Part shown: in pieces, positions 1 through 11,740 of the stretch
How the letters are laid out: each line of letters starts with the position of its first letter
Numbering within the stretch: the first letter of the stretch is position 1
Assembly: GCA_951406725.2 (NCBI GenBank)
Contig: CATOCA020000001.1
Location: 8,246,001 to 8,310,000, forward strand
DNA length: 64,000 nt
Reading direction: 5' to 3'
From: Octopus vulgaris
Lineage: Eukaryota
Notes under the pieces: generated by a model
The model's input: the letters and a program-made list of their open reading frames with translations, nothing else
Told to the model about the DNA's origin: nothing
The model's database searches: none
Position numbers and translations under genes: made by a program

Positions 1-49
1 GATGAAAGAAGTCACCCCCACCTGGTGGATTCCCGGGAGGAGGTTTTGA

Positions 50-661
50 GTGAGAAACCTGCCCGGTGTGGTGATCCCAGGTGCAAGTTCTCCAACCGGC
101 AGCAAGGGCCATGGAGACGGAGAACCCGGTGAAGAGGTAGAGGGAGGAGGAAGAACTAAAAGAAGGACTGGAAGAGCTAAAGGAAAAGCTCAAGCAGGAC
201 CAAAGGGTGAAACAACCAGGAATAGAAGTGGAACCGCAAAAGATGGAAACAAACAGCGCACACGGGTGTGTAGGTTCTACCTGAGAGTTTCCTGCTGGCA
301 TGGAAAGCAAGGTGCAGGCTGCCGCTTTGCACATCGGGGACCCTGCCACAGAGACACGAGGCAGATGGACAAACCATCAACACAAGGAAAAAGGATGGAC
401 CACGCACCACCTGCCCCAAAGCGGAGGTACGCAGATGTTGTGCGTGCCACAAACCGCCAACATGATGTTGTCGAAAGGGCAGCTGCTGAGCAACAATCTT
501 TTTTGTGCATGGCACAAAAGATTGTACAGCAGCTGACCTGGCTTCATCAAACCCAAGCCCGCAGGTGGGACTACCCACTATATACAAGACCACCACAGCA
601 AACAGACCCAGGATGGACACCGCCGGCAACAACGTACACCTCACCTCGATGCTCCTACTGA
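50..661 (+). CDS. LINE ORF1 C-terminal part with CCCH-like zinc finger (partial)
   Basis: CRFYLR(V/G)SCWHGKQGAGCRFAH motif in a basic region directly upstream of and overlapping ORF2. Confidence 0.55.
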   Translation: MRNLPGVVIPGASSPTGSKGHGDGEPGEEVEGGGRTKRRTGRAKGKAQAGPKGETTRNRSGTAKDGNKQRTRVCRFYLRVSCWHGKQGAGCRFAHRGPCHRDTRQMDKPSTQGKRMDHAPPAPKRRYADVVRATNRQHDVVERAAAEQQSFLCMAQKIVQQLTWLHQTQARRWDYPLYTRPPQQTDPGWTPPATTYTSPRCSY

Positions 662-1407
662 ACATCAGAGGGCTGCAAACACTCAGTAACAGGACAAAAA
701 TCCCGTTCCTGAGAGACTTTGTTGCATGCAATCAAGCCTTATGCATAGCACTTACGGAAACGCACCTGAAACCGGACATAGCAGATGCGGAGTTACACAT
801 ACCACAGTATGCTGTACTACGGACCGACAGAAAAGAAAGGAGTCATGGAGGTGTTGCTATGTACATCCGTGAGGACCTCACACCCCAGGTCCTCTTGTCA
901 TACTCAAACTCGGTGTGTGACACACTAATTGTACATATTAGGCAACTTGATGTAGTTGTGTGTGCTACATATCGCCCTCCAGATGCCCCAAGCCATGTGG
1001 GCAAGTTTGAAGACTGCCTTATAAAAATAGAAGAAGTTCTAACCACATTAGAACAACACATAAGTGTACTTCTTATGGGAGACTTCAATCTGCCCAGTGT
1101 CAGATGGCCCGAGGGCCTTTCTCTCCCAGGAATGACAAGATGTGAACGAGGACAGGCGAGGTCCCTCCTGAACCTCATCAACACCCTGTACATGGAGCAG
1201 GTAATACTCCAACCAACCAGGGCAGGTAACACACTGGATCTCTGCTTCACAAATGACATGGATCTCATCCATAATGTGAAAGTGACACCGACACTACTCT
1301 CGGATCACAACATGATAGAGCTGACCAAAAGAGTACGGGCCAAAAGAGAGCACGGACATGCAGCCTACAAGAAACCCTCAGAATCTTTCCAGCTTGAACT
1401 ACCATAA
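505..1407 (+). CDS. LINE ORF2 apurinic-like endonuclease domain (frameshifted relative to RT)
   Basis: LLNIRGL, IALTETHL, DRKERSHGGVAMY, TYRPP, MGDFNLP, TLDLCFTN, SDHNMI motifs; true start probably near 649 (MLLLNIRG). Confidence 0.85.
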   Translation: MHGTKDCTAADLASSNPSPQVGLPTIYKTTTANRPRMDTAGNNVHLTSMLLLNIRGLQTLSNRTKIPFLRDFVACNQALCIALTETHLKPDIADAELHIPQYAVLRTDRKERSHGGVAMYIREDLTPQVLLSYSNSVCDTLIVHIRQLDVVVCATYRPPDAPSHVGKFEDCLIKIEEVLTTLEQHISVLLMGDFNLPSVRWPEGLSLPGMTRCERGQARSLLNLINTLYMEQVILQPTRAGNTLDLCFTNDMDLIHNVKVTPTLLSDHNMIELTKRVRAKREHGHAAYKKPSESFQLELP

Positions 1408-3613
1408 GGCAAACTGGAAACAAATTGAGAAAGAGATCCTCAAACAAAACTGGCCTAAATGTCTCTCCTCGCCAGACATCGACGTGAAACTTCAACAATT
1501 CATGTCTATAATGCAAGCCATATGCTACAAATGTGTCCCAGAGAGAAAGGCCACTGTACACAAGAACAAAATCCCCAGAGAGAGGAAAATTTTAATGAGA
1601 CGGCGTACAAAATTTTCAAATCGCCTAAGCAAACAGATTGAAAGCAGTGAAAAGTCCCGCCTAAAAATAAAACTGTTGGAAATCGAAAAATGTCTGCAAC
1701 TCTCTCATGAAAAAGAAAGAGCAGACAAAGAAGCCTGGGCTATAGACAACATAAAATCTAACCCCAGAGCTTTCTACAGGTATGCCAAAGAAACAGCTAC
1801 GGTGCACTGTAGAACAGGGCCACTCCTCGAAAAGGATGGCACACTTACAGGAAAACCAATGAGGGTAAGTGAAATACTGAATGAGCAATTCAAGAGTGTT
1901 TTCACTCCACCCTTGGGCATCTCCAAATCACCAATCCAACTGACTTTTTTTATCACTGCAGATATAAAATCAGAGGCGGCGACGATAGATTACATCGATA
2001 TAAAGGAAGACGATGTAATCAAGGCTATAGATGAAATGAAAACAGACTCAGCTACTGGCCCCGATGGATTCCCGGCAATCCTCCTAAAAGCATGTAAGAG
2101 AGTCCTAGCAAGACCACTGCAGTTCCTCTTTCAGAGCTTCCTTGCAGCTGGCAAACTTCCAAGAAAACTGAAGGAAGGTAAAATATGCCCCATTCATAAA
2201 GGAGGTAGCAGAGCGGAAGCCAAGAACTACAGACCTATCTCTCTGACCTCACACATCAGCAAGGTCATGGAACGAATAGTCAGAAGGAAGCTGATCACCT
2301 TCCTTGAAGAGAATGACTTGCTGCCCGACACCCAACATGGTTTCCGACCAGGGAGAAGCTGTTTAACTCAGCTCCTACAACACTATGACTGGGTGCTGAA
2401 ACGGCTGCTCAACCACTCAAATGTGGAAGTGATATATCTCGACTTTGCAAAGGCCTTTGATAAAGTCGATCATGGAATGATATGTCACAAACTGCGTGAT
2501 CTCAACATAGTTGGAAAACTGGGAGAATGGCTCCATGACTTTCTGAAAGATAGAAGTCAGGTGGTAGTAGCCAATGGGGCCACTTCCATTAACACGCAAA
2601 TAGTGAGCGGTGTCCCGCAGGGCACTGTTCTGGGACCACTACTGTTCATAATGGCCCTCTCAGACATGCCCTCAGCCACGCAGAGAGCCACGATCACAAG
2701 TTATGCAGATGATACAAAAGTTTCACAGGCAATACAGAACCCTGAGGACACTAAGCACCTGCAATGTGAGCTGGACAAAATATACAAGTGGGCTGAAAAG
2801 AATAGCATGCAGTTCAATGCTGAAAAGTTTCAAGCTCTATACTATCAGCATGCAAAACTAAATGCAATACCCAATGAATACACCGGACCCGGAGGAATAG
2901 CAATCCCAGAGGCACAATCAGTGCGTGACCTAGGTATTTACATGAGTGATGACGCGACCTTTCGTGTACATGTTGCTAAATTGGCAATGAAATGTAGAAG
3001 ACTGGCCGGATGGATCCTCAGAACCTTTAGAACAAGAGAACAAGAAACCATGATGGTCCTCTGGAGGACACTTGTCCTAAGCCACTTTGACTACTGCTCT
3101 CAGTTATGGTCACCATCCAGTGTCAAGTTGATCACAGAGCTCGAGGCGATCCAACGTAGCTACACGAAGAAGATAGCCTCTATGCAGAATGTAAGCTACT
3201 GGGAAAGACTGAAGAGATTAAAACTGTATTCCCTGGAGCGTAGGCGGGAAAGATATGCCATAATATACATCTGGAAGATCCTGGAGGGACGTGTCCTAAA
3301 CTTTGGCATCGAGAGTTACGCAAATGCCAGAACTGGGTGCCACTGCGTGGTGCCTAGGACTCCAAACTCGCCATCAAGATGTAGGACAAGATTCTGTGAT
3401 AGCCTGGGCTTCCGAGGCCCACAGCTCTTCAATATCCTCCCGAAGAACCTGAGAGACCTGCATGGGGTGGATGCAGATGTCTTTAAAATGAAACTGGATC
3501 TCTTCCTGTCAGGTGTCCCAGATGAACCAACTTCACGGCAGGAGGTGCAGATGAGGGCAGCTGCATCGAACTCTCTCATGCACCAAATGGCAGTTGCTAA
3601 AAAGCTTTCGTGA
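1358..3613 (+). CDS. LINE ORF2 reverse transcriptase domain
   Basis: GPDG, NYRPISLTS, QHGFRPGRSC, YLDFAKAFDKVDH, SGVPQG, YADDTK, DLGI. Confidence 0.92.
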   Translation: MQPTRNPQNLSSLNYHKANWKQIEKEILKQNWPKCLSSPDIDVKLQQFMSIMQAICYKCVPERKATVHKNKIPRERKILMRRRTKFSNRLSKQIESSEKSRLKIKLLEIEKCLQLSHEKERADKEAWAIDNIKSNPRAFYRYAKETATVHCRTGPLLEKDGTLTGKPMRVSEILNEQFKSVFTPPLGISKSPIQLTFFITADIKSEAATIDYIDIKEDDVIKAIDEMKTDSATGPDGFPAILLKACKRVLARPLQFLFQSFLAAGKLPRKLKEGKICPIHKGGSRAEAKNYRPISLTSHISKVMERIVRRKLITFLEENDLLPDTQHGFRPGRSCLTQLLQHYDWVLKRLLNHSNVEVIYLDFAKAFDKVDHGMICHKLRDLNIVGKLGEWLHDFLKDRSQVVVANGATSINTQIVSGVPQGTVLGPLLFIMALSDMPSATQRATITSYADDTKVSQAIQNPEDTKHLQCELDKIYKWAEKNSMQFNAEKFQALYYQHAKLNAIPNEYTGPGGIAIPEAQSVRDLGIYMSDDATFRVHVAKLAMKCRRLAGWILRTFRTREQETMMVLWRTLVLSHFDYCSQLWSPSSVKLITELEAIQRSYTKKIASMQNVSYWERLKRLKLYSLERRRERYAIIYIWKILEGRVLNFGIESYANARTGCHCVVPRTPNSPSRCRTRFCDSLGFRGPQLFNILPKNLRDLHGVDADVFKMKLDLFLSGVPDEPTSRQEVQMRAAASNSLMHQMAVAKKLS

Positions 3614-3728
3614 AGTAAAACCAAGTAGCAACACCAAATGGCGGTGCCCCAGCATGGCCACAGCTCATAAGCTGAAACTAGAATCAATCGATCAATCAAT
3701 CAATCATGTCTCCAAAAAAGATTTTTCG

Positions 3729-3921
3729 TTTCATGTTCGTCTCTGTTGCGTTGCATTCTTTCCTTCTGTGGCTGGCTGATTCGGAGCGGATCTCAGAATT
3801 GAACGGCCGAAATCTGCGATGAGGGATCAGTTTCTGACTGAAGAATGAAGGCTTTGAATGACCCGTTTGTCTTTTTGTTCGTCCCTTCGTGTATTTCACG
3901 TTATTTATTTATGTAAATGTT

Positions 3922-3963
<42 letters not shown>

Positions 3964-4380
3964 ATGTATGTATATATGTATGTATGTATGTATGTATATA
4001 TATATATGTGTGTATGTATATATATATGTGTGTGTGTATGTATATATATATATGTGTGTGTGTGTATGTATATATGTGTGTGTATGTATATATGTATGTG
4101 TGTGTGTATGTATATATATATATGTGTGTATGTATATATATGTGTGTTTGTGTGTGTATGTATATATATGTGTGTGTGTGTGTGTAAGTATATACATGTG
4201 TGTTTGTGTGTGTGTGTATGTATATATGTGTGTGTGTGTGTATATGTATATATATGTGTGTGTGTGCATGTATATATATGTGTGTGTGTATGTGTATATA
4301 TGCGTGTGTGTATGTATATATATATATATATGTTATTATTTATTTATCTAAAGGCTTATTATATAACATATATATATATA

Positions 4381-4411
<31 letters not shown>

Positions 4412-4704
4412 GTTATTATTTATTTATCTAAAGGTTTATTATATACATATATATATATATGTGTGTATGTATATATATGTGTGTGTGTATGTGTATATAT
4501 ATATATATATGTGTTATTATTTAATTATCTAAAAGTTATTATATACATATATATATATATGTATGTGTGTATGTATATATGTGTGTGTGTGTATGTATAT
4601 ATGTTTGTGTTTGCATGTATATATATGTGTGTGTGTATGTATATATATATATATATGTTATTATTTATTTATCCAAAGGTTTATTATATACATATATATA
4701 TATA

Positions 4705-4735
<31 letters not shown>

Positions 4736-5145
4736 GTTATTATTTATTTATCTAAAGGTTTATTATATACATATATATATATATGTATGTGTGTATGTAT
4801 ATATATGTGTGTGTGTATGTATATATATATATATATATGTTATTATTTATTTATGTAAAGGTTTATTATATACATATATATATATATGTATGTGTGTATG
4901 TATATATATGTGTGTGTGTGTATGTATATATATGTGTGTGTGTGTTTCATGTTCGTCTCTGTTGCGTTGCATTCTTTCCTTCTGTGGCTGGCTGATTCGG
5001 AGCGGATCTCAGAATTAAACAGCCGAAATCTGCGATGAGGGATCAGTTTCTGACTGAGGATGAAGGCTTTGAATGACCCGTTTGTCTTTTTGTTCGTCCC
5101 TTCGTGTATTTCACGTTATTTATTTATGTAAAGGTTTATTATATA
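3729..5145. repeat. ~200-bp direct repeats (3729-3930, 4945-5145) enclosing a compound (TA)n/(TG)n microsatellite with interspersed ~35-bp AT-rich units
   Basis: tttcatgttcgtctctgttgcg...atgtaaa(t/g)gtttattatata occurs at both ends; ttattatttatttatctaaaggtttattatatacat recurs inside; same block at ~9383-10796 and inverted at ~19390-20835. Confidence 0.85.
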
Positions 5146-5585
5146 TTTCGCAGCGTACGTGCATAATAACTTCTTTATGTTTATCATATCAAAACCCCTG
5201 CACGATGTCTTTAAACTATTTTCTTTCCTTCGCCATTGCTTCGTTGCCAAATTGTTTTGGCGCCTTTTTCTCCCAGCCTCTCTGATTCCTTCTCTCCCTC
5301 TCTCTCTTGATCACTGCTTCTTCTCTGATTCCTTCTCTCCCTCTCTCTCTCTCGGTCACTGCTTCTGTCCTCGCCTTCTACCCTCCTTGGTCCCCTCTCT
5401 CTCTTAGCCTCTTACCCTCTTGCGACTTGCTGCCTCAGCCATTCTCTTTCCATCGGCCACTTGTTCAACATGTGTCTTATCACCGAAAAGGTAATTATTT
5501 TTCCACGCTTGCTGATATTGTTTTTGTGTCTCTCTTTTTGTGTTAAAGCCATAGGGCGCCTGTGTCATCCATGTTTTTAACCGTT

Positions 5586-8500
5586 ACCGGTCGCACATTG
5601 GCGCACTTGATGCCATCTTTGAGAACGAGCGGGGCAAAGATGGCAAGAATGGAGACGATGAAAGAAGTCACCCCCACCTGGTGGATTCCCGGGAGGAGGT
5701 TTTGAGTGAGAAACCTGCCCGGGTAGTGATCCCAGGTGCAAGTTCTCCAACCGGCAGCAAGGGCCATGGAGACGGAGAACCCGGTGAAGAGGTAGAGGGA
5801 GGAGTAAGAACTAAAAGAAGGACTGGAAGAGCTAAAGGAAAAGCTCAAGCAGGACCAAAAGGTGAAACAACCAGGAATAGAAGTTGAACCGCAAAAGATG
5901 GAAACAAACAGCGCACACGGGTGTGTAGGTTCTACCTTAGAGGTTCCTGCTGGCATGGAAAGCAAGGTGCAGGCTGCCGCTTTGCACATCGGGGACCCTG
6001 CCACAGAGACACGAGGCAGATGGACAAACCATCAACACAAGGAAAAAGGATGGACCACGCACCACCTGCCCCAAAGCGGAGGTACGCAGATGTTGTGCGT
6101 GCCACAAACCGCCAACATGATGTTGTCGAAAGGGCAGCTGCTGAGCAACAATCTTTTTTGTGCATGGCACAAAAGATTGTACAGCAGCTGACCTGGCTTC
6201 ATCAAACCCAAGCCCGCAGGTGGGACTACCCACTATATACAAGACCACCACAGCAAACAGACCCAGGATGGACACCGCCGGCAACAACGTACACCTCACC
6301 TCGATGCTCCTACTGAACATCAGAGGGCTGCAAACACTCAGTAACAGGACTAAATCCCGTTCCTGAGAGACTTTGTTGCATGCAATCAAGCCTTATGCAT
6401 AGCACTTACGGAAACGCACCTGAAACCGGACATAGCAGATGCGGAGTTACACATACCACAGTATGCTGTACTACGGACCGACAGAAAAGAAAGGAGTCAT
6501 GGAGGTGTTGCTATGTACATCCGTGAGGACCTCACACCCCAGGTCCTCTTGTCATACTCAAACTCGGTGTGTGACACACTAATTGTACATATTAGGCAAC
6601 TTGATGTAGTTGTGTGTGCTACATATCGCCCTCCAGATGCCCCAAGCCATGTGGGCAAGTTTGAAGACTGCCTTATAAAAATAGAAGAAGTTCTAACCAC
6701 ATTAGAACAACACATAAGTGTACTTCTTATGGGAGACTTCAATCTGCCCAGTGTCAGATGGCCCGAGGGCCTTTCTCTCCCAGGAATGACAAGATGTGAA
6801 CGAGGACAGGCGAGGTCCCTCCTGAACCTCATCAACACCCTGTACATGGAGCAGGTAATACTCCAGCCAACCAGGGCAGGTAACACACTGGATCTCTGCT
6901 TCACAAATGACATGGATCTCATCCATAATGTGAAAGTGACACCGACACTACTCTCGGATCACAACATGATAGAGCTGACCAAAAGAGTACGGGCCAAAAG
7001 AGAGCACGGACATGCAGCCTACAAGAAACCCTCAGAATCTTTCCAGCTTGAACTACCATAAGGCAAACTGGAAACAAATTGAGAAAGAGATCCTCAAACA
7101 AAACTGGCTTAAATGTCTCTCCTCGCCAGACATCGACGTGAAACTTCAACAATTCATGTCTATAATGCAAGCCATATGCTACAAATGTGTCCCAGAGAGA
7201 AAGGCCACTGTACACAAGAACAAAATCCCCAGAGAGAGGAAAATTTTAATGAGACGGCGTACAAAATTTTCAAATCGCCTAAGCAAACAGATTGAAAGCA
7301 GTGAAAAGTCCCGCCTAAAAATAAAACTGTTGGAAATCGATAAATGTCTGCAACTCTCTCATGAAAAAGAAAGAGCAGACAAAGAAGCCTGGGCTATAGA
7401 CAACATAAAATCTAACCCCAGAGCTTTCTACAGGTATGCCAAAGAAACAGCTACGGTGCACTGTAGAATAGGGCCACTCCTCGAAAAGGATGGCACACTT
7501 ACAGGAAAACCAATGAGGGTAAGTGAAATACTGAATGAGCAATTCAAGAGTGTTTTCACTCCACCCCTTGGGCATCTCCAAATCACCAATCCAACTGACT
7601 TTTTTTACCACTGCAGATATAAAATCAGAGGCGGCGACGATAGATTACATCGATATAAAGGAAGACGATGTAATCAAGGCTATAGATGAAATGAAAACAG
7701 ACTCAGCTACTGGCCCCGATGGATTCCCGGCAATCCTCCTAAAAGCATGTAAGAGAGTCCTAGCAAGACCACTGCAGTTCCTCTTTCAGAGCTTCCTTGC
7801 AGCTGGCAAACTTCCAAGAAAACTGAAGGAAGGTAAAATATGCCCCATTCATAAAGGAGGTAGCAGAGCGGAAGCCAAGAACTACAGACCTATCTCTCTG
7901 ACCTCACACATCAGCAAGGTCATGGAACGAATAGTCAGAAGGAAGCTGATCACCTTCCTTGAAGAGAATGACTTACTGCCCGACACCCAAAATGGTTTCC
8001 GACCAGGGAGAAGCTGTTTAACTCAGCTCCTACAACACTATGACTGGGTGCTGAAACGGCTGCTCAACCACTCAAATGTGGAAGTGATATATCTCGACTT
8101 TGCAAAGGCCTTTGATAAAGTCGATCATGGAATGATATGTCACAAACTGCGTGATCTCAACATAGTTGGAAAACTGGGAGAATGGCTCCATGACTTTCTG
8201 AAAGATAGAAGTCAGGTGGTAGTAGCCAATGGGGCCACTTCCATTAACACGCAAATAGTAAGCGGTGTCCCGCAGGGCACTGTTCTGGGACCACTACTGT
8301 TCATAATGGCCCTCTCAGACATGCCCTCAGCCACGCAGAGAGCCACGATCACAAGTTATGCAGATGATACAAAAGTTTCACAGGCAATACAGAACCCTGA
8401 GGACACTAAGCACCTGCAATGTGAGCTGGACAAAATATACAAGTGGGCTGAAAAGAATAGCATGCAGTTCAATGCTGAAATGTTTCAAGCTCTATACTAT

Positions 8501-9361
8501 CAGCATGCAAAACTAAATGCAATACCCAATGAATACACCGGACCCGGAGGAATAGCAATCCCAGAGGCACAATCAGTGCGTGACCTAGGTATTTACATGA
8601 GTGATGACGCGACCTTTCGTGTACATGTTGCTAAATTGGCAATGAAATGTAGAAGACTGGCCGGATGGATCCTCAGAACCTTTAGAACAAGAGAACAAGA
8701 AACCATGATGGTCCTCTGGAGGACACTTGTCCTAAGCCACTTTGACTACTGCTCTCAGTTATGGTCACCATCCAGTGTCAAGTTGATCACAGAGCTCGAG
8801 GCGATCCAACGTAGCTACACGAAGAAGATAGCCTCTATGCAGAATGTAAGCTACTGGGAAAGACTGAAGAGATTAAAACTGTATTCCCTGGAGCGTAGGC
8901 GGGAAAGATATGCCATAATATACATCTGGAAGATCCTGGAGGGACGTGTCCTAAACTTTGGCATCGAGAGTTACGCAAATGCCAGAACTGGGCGCCACTG
9001 CGTGGTGCCTAGGACTCCAAACTCGCCATCAAGATGTAGGACAAGATTCTGTGATAGCCTGGGCTTCCGAGGCCCACAGCTCTTCAATATCCTCCTGAAG
9101 AACCTGAGAGACCTGCATGGGGTGGATGCAGATGTCTTTAAAATGAAACTGGATCTCTTCCTGTCAGGTGTCCCAGATGAACCAACTTCACGGCAGGAGG
9201 TGCAGATGAGGGCAGCTGCATCGAACTCTCTCATGCACCAAATGGCAGTTGCTAAAAAGCTTTCGTGAAGTAAAACCAAGTAGAAACACCAAATGGCGGT
9301 GCCCCAGCATGGCCACAGCTCATAAGCTGAAACTAGAATCAATCGATCAATCAATCAATCA
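5586..9361 (+). mobile_element. CR1-group LINE, copy 2 (tandem duplicate, extra frameshifts)
   Basis: Near-identical to copy 1 at an offset of ~5655; ORF pieces 5921-6316, 6513-7061, 7012-7689, 7535-9268; same (AATC)n tail. Confidence 0.9.
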
Positions 9362-9575
9362 TGTCTCCAAAAAGATTTTTCGTTTCATGTTCGTCTCTGT
9401 TGCGTTGCATTCTTTCCTTCTGTGGCTGGCTGATTCGGAGCGGATCTCAGAATTGAACGGCCGAAATCTGCGATGAGGGATTAGTTTCTGACTGAAGAAT
9501 GAAGGCTTTGAATGACCCGTTTGTCTTTTTGTTCGTCCCTTCGTGTATTTCACGTTATTTATTTATGTAAATGTT

Positions 9576-9621
<46 letters not shown>

Positions 9622-11242
9622 ATGTATGTATATATGTATGTATGTATGTATGTATATATATATATGTGTGTATGTATATATATATGTGTGTGTGTATGTA
9701 TATATATATATGTGTGTGTGTGTATGTATATATGTGTGTGTATGTATATATGTATGTGTGTGTGTATGTATATATATATATGTGTGTATGTATATATATG
9801 TGTGTTTGTGTGTGTATGTATATATATGTGTGTGTGTGTGTGTAAGTATATATATGTGTGTTTGTGTGTGTGTGTATGTATATATGTGTGTGTGTGTGTA
9901 TGTATATATATGTGTGTGTGTGCATGTATATATATGTGTGTGTGTATGTGTATATATGCGTGTGTGTATGTATATATATATATATATGTTATTATTTATT
10001 TATCTAAAGGCTTATTATATACATATATATATATATGTGTGTGTGTGTATATATATATATATATGTTATTATTTATTTATCTAAAGGTTTATTATATACA
10101 TATATATATATATGTGTGTATGTATATATATGTGTGTGTGTATGTGTATATATATATATATATGTGTTATTATTTAATTATCTAAAAGTTATTATATACA
10201 TATATATATATGTATGTGTGTATGTATATATGTGTGTGTGTGTATGTATATATGTTTGTGTGTGCATGTATATATATGTGTGTGTGTATGTATATATATA
10301 TATATATGTTATTATTTATTTATCCAAAGGTTTATTATATACATATATATATATATGTGTGTGTGTGTATATATATATATATATGTTATTATTTATTTAT
10401 CTAAAGGTTTATTATATACATATATATATATATGTATGTGTGTATGTATATATATGTGTGTGTGTATGTATATATATATATATATATGTTATTATTTATT
10501 TATGTAAAGGTTTATTATATACATATATATATATATGTATGTGTGTATGTATATATATGTGTGTGTGTGTATGTATATATATGTGTGTGTGTGTTTCATG
10601 TTCGTCTCTGTTGCGTTGCATTCTTTCCTTCTGTGGCTGGCTGATTCGGAGCGGATCTCAGAATTAAACAGCCGAAATCTGCGATGAGGGATCAGTTTCT
10701 GACTGAGGATGAAGGCTTTGAATGACCCGTTTGTCTTTTTGTTCGTCCCTTCGTGTATTTCACGTTATTTATTTATGTAAAGGTTTATTATATATTTCGC
10801 AGCGTACGTGCATAATAACTTCTTTATGTTTATCATATCAAAACCCCTGCACGATGTCTTTAAACTATTTTCTTTCCTTCGCCATTGCTTCGTTGCCAAA
10901 TTGTTTTGGCGCCTTTATCTCCCAGCCTCTCTGATTCCTTCTCTCCCTCTCTCTCTTGATCACTGCTTCTTCTCTGATTCCTTCTCTCCCTCTCTCTCTC
11001 TCGGTCACTGCTTCTGTCCTCGCCTTCTACCCTCCTTGGTCCCCTCTCTCTCTTAGCCCCTCTCTCTCTTACCCTCTTGCGACTTGCTGCCTCAGCCATT
11101 CTCTTTCCATCGGCCACTTGTTCAACATGTGTCTTATCACCGAAAAGGTAATTATTTTTCCACGCTTGCTGATATTGTTTTTGTGTCTCTCTTTTTGTAT
11201 TAAAGCCATAGGGCGCCTGTGTCATCCATGTTTTTAACCGTT
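5586..11242 (+). repeat. Tandem segmental duplication unit (~5.65 kb: LINE plus flank)
   Basis: Position 1 matches 5657 and 3613 matches 9268; both units end in gtcatccatgtttttaaccgtt (5585 and 11242). Confidence 0.92.
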
Positions 11243-11267
11243 TCTCTCCCTTTTTCTCTCTCTCTCT

Positions 11268-11300
<33 letters not shown>

Positions 11301-11321
11301 AACTCTCTCTTTCTCTCTCTT

Positions 11322-11353
<32 letters not shown>

Positions 11354-11376
11354 CCTCTCTCTCTCTCTTTCTCTCC

Positions 11377-11430
<54 letters not shown>

Positions 11431-11437
11431 TTCTCTT

Positions 11438-11469
<32 letters not shown>

Positions 11470-11535
11470 CCTCTCTCTCTCTTTCGCTCCCTTTTTCTCT
11501 CTCTCTCTCTTCTCTCTCTCTCTCTTTCTCTCTCC

Positions 11536-11566
<31 letters not shown>

Positions 11567-11580
11567 CCTCCCTCTCTCTT
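11243..11580. repeat. (CT)n / pyrimidine-rich microsatellite
   Basis: Direct reading. Confidence 0.95.
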
Positions 11581-11623
11581 AACACAGAAAGCTGTATCTC
11601 AAAAAGGTTCTAAATAAACTCAC

Positions 11624-11704
11624 AGCAACCCAAGGATGGTCCAAAACCTCGGCAGCGGAGAACCTCATTTCTGGATCTACATGAAGCATGTGTTCAATCA
11701 AGTC
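11624..11704 (-). CDS. Exon of doublecortin-like Ser/Thr kinase (subdomain XI)
   Basis: ttttttttatacag|GAC...GCT|gtgagt; 81 nt = DLIEHMLHVDPEMRFSAAEVLDHPWVA, resembling DCLK1 [27 protein letters not shown] (from memory). Confidence 0.85.
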
Positions 11705-11740
11705 CTGTATAAAAAAAAAGAAAGAAAATATTTCAAATCA

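Larger units (their letters stand above)
1..3706 (+). mobile_element. CR1-group non-LTR retrotransposon (LINE), copy 1 (5' end outside window), with (AATC)n tail
   Basis: CCCH-type ORF1 remnant (50-661), APE endonuclease (505-1407: TETHL, YRPP, MGDFN, LDL, SDH), RT (1358-3613: YLDFAKAFDKV, GVPQGTVLGPLLF, YADD), CR1-like C-terminus LERRRERY, 3' tail gaatcaatcgatcaatcaatcaatca. Confidence 0.9.

Noticed and set aside
3858-5018. Many ORFs rich in Y/I/C/V/M or H/T (also at 9.5-10.7, 19.5-20.7 and 30.5-31.5 kb)
   Set aside because: Translations of (TA)n/(TG)n/(CA)n microsatellites, which lack stop codons.
3729-5145. LTR or terminal-repeat element reading of the 200-bp direct repeats
   Set aside because: No TG...CA ends, primer-binding site or polypurine tract seen; the interior is only microsatellite.
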